This document shows, in pieces, positions 60,357 through 64,000 of a stretch of 64,000 bases of DNA. Source of the stretch: Patescibacteria group bacterium (GTDB lineage: Bacteria; Patescibacteriota; WWE3; UBA101185; UBA10185); contig BPJL01000008.1 in assembly GCA_026004595.1 (NCBI GenBank), forward strand, positions 13,383 through 77,382. Reading direction: 5' to 3'. Every line of letters starts with the position of its first letter. The first letter of the stretch is position 1. The notes beneath the pieces are model-generated. The model did not search any database, was not told where the DNA came from, and worked only from the letters and a program-made list of their open reading frames with translations. Made by a program: the position numbers and the translations under genes.

Positions 60357-62057
60357 ATGAAGTACCTTAACACTGATGGTAAAATAGTTAAGTTAAAAAG
60401 AAATGGTGAACTAACAAGATCAAGGTGGCATGATAATGGAATCGAAAACTTTATGGTTAAGGTTAAACCCGTACCGGGTGACTGTGATTGCTTTTTTCAC
60501 GCACTGCTAAAAAACCTTCCCGAGATAGACCCTTTGTCACCAATAACAAGATACGGTTTAAAGTTCAATAACGGCAACGAGCTGAGGAAAGTGATGAAAG
60601 AGATAATAACCAGACAATACCTTATAGAAAAGGGGATAGAGACACCCGACGTGCTTGAGTCATACAAACTAGCCGAAGTAAAGGACTACGTCAGCGATAA
60701 ACCCGTCTGGGTCCCAATGGACAAAGAGGAAGCGAGAAGAAGACTGTTTCAGAATATCGATTTTTTATCAGTACTCTTTTCAAACAGTTTCTATTCAACA
60801 GAAAGTCTTTACTTTGACGAAAGCAGTTGTGATCTAAGTTATGATATAGACTGGTACTTTGAACATTCGATAAACCCTAAATCAACAGGTGATTCAATAA
60901 AAAAGGCAATAGAGATAATGGAGAAAAAAACGGGGGGAAAGTTTGATTACATGCCAAAAGAGTCCTATAGTCTCCTACAAAAGTGGCCAAAGAATATAAT
61001 AACAGAATGGAAAGCAATGAAAATGCCCTCAAATAAAGAGGTAATAACAATCTTCGCTACTCACCTTAAAATAAAGAACAGTGAATACTCTGGTTGGTTT
61101 TCATCAGAAGCAATCGCGTCAGTGATCGAAAGCCTAAGAAACAGCAAAAACTATAGACTTGCTTTTGAAGATACTGGAATAAAAGAGATAGCAGAAGTAT
61201 ACAGCCTGGTAAAGCACATGCTAAAAAAGAGGCTGTTTATTCACCCGTTCTATGAAAAGCTGTGTGATATAGAAGAGGCTACCAGGGTTGTAGAAGACTA
61301 CGTTAAAAACAGAAAAATAAAGTTTTTAAAGGACAACTTCTGTATCATCGACTCTGAAAGGTTTACCAGGTGGAGTTTCAGGCCAATGACAAGGGGAGAG
61401 GTTGAACAGCTTTTCTCGCCGGGAGAAAAGAAAATAAAAGAAAGACTAGTCGGACTTCTAATGAAAAACAAAAAACGGTCAACGGTTGCCGACATTGAAA
61501 ACCTGTTTAAGGGTGACCCCAGAAAGTTTGTACTGGAAAGCACCGGAAACCACTTTTCACCCAAAGCAAAATCGCCAAAGAGACTCGGTGATAACTATTA
61601 TGAACTCGAGGACAGTGAGCCCTACCTTGAATATGACATTAACAGTGGTTACTATCAGCTTAACAGGTGTCAACTTTTCGTTAAGTCATTAGAGCTAACC
61701 GGTTCTTTTGACTACACAATGAGTGCTATAGTGAAAACAGTTTCCTCAAAAAGGTACGCTGGACCAGCAGAGGCAACCGTTGCCTGTTACCTGTTTAACA
61801 TCGGGATCTGCTTCTGTGAAGTCTTCAGTGAAGTTTTAATACCAAAGTTTTACCTGGTTAACGGTGATAAAATGGTACTTCTTGAGCACCTTGGAGAGCA
61901 CTTTCAGTCCATCAGGATAAAAAAATTCTCTGAGAAACACAGCTGTAAAACAGTTGACAAAAACCTAATCAAGTTCGTTTATAAAACCTTTCCAAGCATA
62001 GTTTATGAGTCACTCTTAATCGAACCAGTGTTTATTTTTCCTAAGACGGCTGATTGA
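60357..62057 (+). CDS. Protein with an N-terminal OTU-like cysteine protease (deubiquitinase-like) motif.
   Basis: VPGDCDCFFHALL resembles the OTU Cys box (D-G-N-C-L-F-R-A). The rest of the 566-aa protein is unassigned. The start context is ATAAATG. Confidence 0.45.
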   Translation: MKYLNTDGKIVKLKRNGELTRSRWHDNGIENFMVKVKPVPGDCDCFFHALLKNLPEIDPLSPITRYGLKFNNGNELRKVMKEIITRQYLIEKGIETPDVLESYKLAEVKDYVSDKPVWVPMDKEEARRRLFQNIDFLSVLFSNSFYSTESLYFDESSCDLSYDIDWYFEHSINPKSTGDSIKKAIEIMEKKTGGKFDYMPKESYSLLQKWPKNIITEWKAMKMPSNKEVITIFATHLKIKNSEYSGWFSSEAIASVIESLRNSKNYRLAFEDTGIKEIAEVYSLVKHMLKKRLFIHPFYEKLCDIEEATRVVEDYVKNRKIKFLKDNFCIIDSERFTRWSFRPMTRGEVEQLFSPGEKKIKERLVGLLMKNKKRSTVADIENLFKGDPRKFVLESTGNHFSPKAKSPKRLGDNYYELEDSEPYLEYDINSGYYQLNRCQLFVKSLELTGSFDYTMSAIVKTVSSKRYAGPAEATVACYLFNIGICFCEVFSEVLIPKFYLVNGDKMVLLEHLGEHFQSIRIKKFSEKHSCKTVDKNLIKFVYKTFPSIVYESLLIEPVFIFPKTAD

Positions 62058-62084
62058 GAAAAATGTAGTATATATAAGTATAAC

Positions 62085-63051
62085 ATTCAACAGTGTTAAC
62101 GATTTCTTAGACGCTTACCAAAGAAACACCTTTCGAAGGTTACGATAGTACGAGAGTGTTCATGTTGATATTTCAGACAAAACAGACAAAGCTTGGAGAA
62201 AAATTTATGTTATACATTATATTGACGATCTTTTAAATATCCTTCTTCTTAGAAACATACTATTTCCTGTTCCATATCTTGAATATTATGAAAGTGATTC
62301 GTTCTCGCTAAAGGTGTTGATCAGTTTGAATTTAGAGGAAATGGTAAAAATTTCACGTTAGAGTAGAACCTCTTAATGTCTATTATTTTTACGAAAAAAA
62401 AATAGTAATAATCCATTGTTCGTGGAATTGTACGATCGCAGATAAATATAAAGAAGCATTTAAAGATAGGACTAATAACCCACTTGTTTTTAATAGAAAT
62501 CTAGTGATTACGAGAAAAAACTAGCAGACAGTTTAACATATACCTTTAACAAAGTAGTCGAAATAGTGGACCAATACGTGCTATTCTTAGACAAATTTGA
62601 TACCAACATAACAAGTACATACAAAGCTTGGCTTGAGAACAATAGTGGAAATAATTTGCCAGTTAACAGTTTCGAGCAGACTGTTATCTCATACTATTTA
62701 GAGGCTAAACAGCTAACTAAAACATCTGATGATAAAATAGTACAAAAGATACTATCATTGTGTCGGTGTGAAATATTGGATTTTATCGTGAGAATTAAAA
62801 CCCTTAAATATAAACTCACTTTTGATGAACCAAATTACAAAGTAACAGACTTGCGCGAAATGATTTTTGAAAATACACAAAGAGAAAACGTTCCCAGTAT
62901 CAACGATCTGGAAAGCCTTTTCATCTCTAGATTAGAAGAATCACTTGATACAGAAATTATAACTGAAGCAAAGAAAAGGCTAAAGAGAAGTCTTATCATA
63001 ATAAAAGACAACATAGAACTAACAAAAAATAATAATCATGATAAGATATAA
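62085..63051 (+). pseudogene. Decaying upstream copy of a tandemly duplicated gene. The N-terminal half (62085-62565) has lost its reading frame, and a C-terminal ORF remains (62566..63051, GTG start).
   Basis: 62085-62250 aligns with 63130-63300 (ttcaatagtgtaaacgaattctttaatgg... / gtgttaatatttcagacaaaacagacaaagc) but has deletions and stops. 62500-62720 aligns in frame with 63780-64000 (DQYVLFLDKFDTNI.STYKAWLENNSGNNLP). There is no ATG at the 5' end. Confidence 0.5.
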
Positions 63052-63134
63052 GAAATCAGAGATAACAATTGAGTTTTAAACAGATGATTAGAGATAAAGA
63101 GAAATAGAAATAGAAAAAATATCTTATATATAAA

Positions 63135-64000
63135 ATGACTAAAACATTCAATAGTGTAAACGAATTCTTTAATGGCTTTTTGAAAGAACTGCTTACCAAA
63201 GAAACACCTTTCAAAGATTACGATATTATCGAAGTTAAATTACCATCTGACAGAGAAGTAAGTGTTAATATTTCAGACAAAACAGACAAAGCAAAGTATA
63301 TTCATAGGCTTTTAACATTAATTGGACAAGAATATTACATTTTAGCTCTTTCTGACCCCGATAGAAACGAACTTTTAACAATCCTGTTTCTAAGAAACAT
63401 ACTGTTTCCTGTTCCATATGTTGAGTATTATAGTAATGGTGCTGGTATCTCAGACGCAGTTGCACTGGTTGATACATTGATATCATATGTTCTTGCTAAA
63501 GGTGTTCAAAATTTTGAATATAGAAGAGATGAAGCTGCTATACCAGAAACTGTAACGATAGACACTTTAGTTGATACTATTAAGAATCCAGCTATAACCA
63601 ATTTTTATGAAAGTGGCATCAGTGCACCATTGGTAACAGAGTTATATGATGCATCCGGAGTCACAGAAAGATATAAACAAGCATTTGAAAATCGGACTAC
63701 CAACAAGCTTGATTTTAATCTCAAAAACATCTTTTATCTTGTTTTTACTGATGGAAGTCTACTAGATGATTACGAGAGAAAACTAGCAGACGAGATAAAA
63801 CTAGCAGACAATTTATTCCCCCTTCAAAGTACAGCCGAAGAAGCAGTAGACCAATACGTGCTATTCTTAGACAAATTTGATACTAACATCATAAGTACAT
63901 ACAAAGCTTGGCTTGAGAACAATAGTGGAAATAATTTGCCAGATAGCGGTTTCGAGCAGACTGTTGTCTCATACTATTTAGAGGCTAAACAGCTAACTAA
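63135..64000 (+). CDS. Intact downstream paralog of the 62085-63051 gene, a hypothetical protein. It is 3'-partial and runs off the window.
   Basis: The ATG at 63135 has the context TATATATAAAATG. The frame MTKTFNSVNEFFNGFLKELLTKETPFKDYDII... stays open to the window end. For that reason it is not in the ORF track. Confidence 0.5.
   Translation, partial: MTKTFNSVNEFFNGFLKELLTKETPFKDYDIIEVKLPSDREVSVNISDKTDKAKYIHRLLTLIGQEYYILALSDPDRNELLTILFLRNILFPVPYVEYYSNGAGISDAVALVDTLISYVLAKGVQNFEYRRDEAAIPETVTIDTLVDTIKNPAITNFYESGISAPLVTELYDASGVTERYKQAFENRTTNKLDFNLKNIFYLVFTDGSLLDDYERKLADEIKLADNLFPLQSTAEEAVDQYVLFLDKFDTNIISTYKAWLENNSGNNLPDSGFEQTVVSYYLEAKQLT

Noticed and set aside
62058-62565. A possible tRNA or small RNA in the 0.5-kb ORF-free stretch.
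   Set aside because: The stretch aligns with the coding 5' half of the downstream paralog at 63135, so it is a gene remnant. No cloverleaf-like GC stems were seen.

Overview
This AT-rich window is densely coding on both strands, at roughly one gene per kb, and reads like a segment of a nucleocytoplasmic large DNA virus (giant virus) genome. My best guess is a pithovirus-like virus. That guess rests on two long non-coding tandem arrays of a ~285-295 bp unit, on eukaryote-like replication and transcription genes, and on poxvirus-like TAAATG start contexts. The assignment is an inference and not verified.

Recognisable genes, by function:
- Replication and repair: family-B DNA polymerase, endonuclease IV, family-1 uracil-DNA glycosylase, FEN1 flap endonuclease, a minimal ATP-dependent DNA ligase, a PCNA-like clamp, an A22/RuvC-like resolvase, and a UvrD-like helicase fused to a DEDDh exonuclease.
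- Transcription and RNA processing: RNA polymerase subunits RPB2 and RPB6, RNase III, a VP39-like cap 2'-O-methyltransferase, and a possible TFIIB-like factor.
- Proteolysis and ubiquitin: a subtilase, a MARCH-type RING-CH protein, a RING protein, and an OTU-like protease.
- Many type-II/membrane proteins and Cys-rich proteins.
- A five-locus family of DUF285-type 22-23 aa repeat proteins.

Notable structure:
- A canonical 237-aa intein in the P-loop of a partial DEAH helicase at the left edge.
- Two near-identical MITE-like repeat arrays 21 kb apart.
- Two Arg/Glu-repeat genes built on the same cgtgagc repeat unit.
- Three apparent frameshifted or decaying genes.
- Bidirectional intergenic regions as short as 17-30 bp.

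No rRNA, tRNA or CRISPR features were recognised. The ORF track uses GTG/TTG as alternative starts, and several 5' ends were moved to the first plausible ATG.
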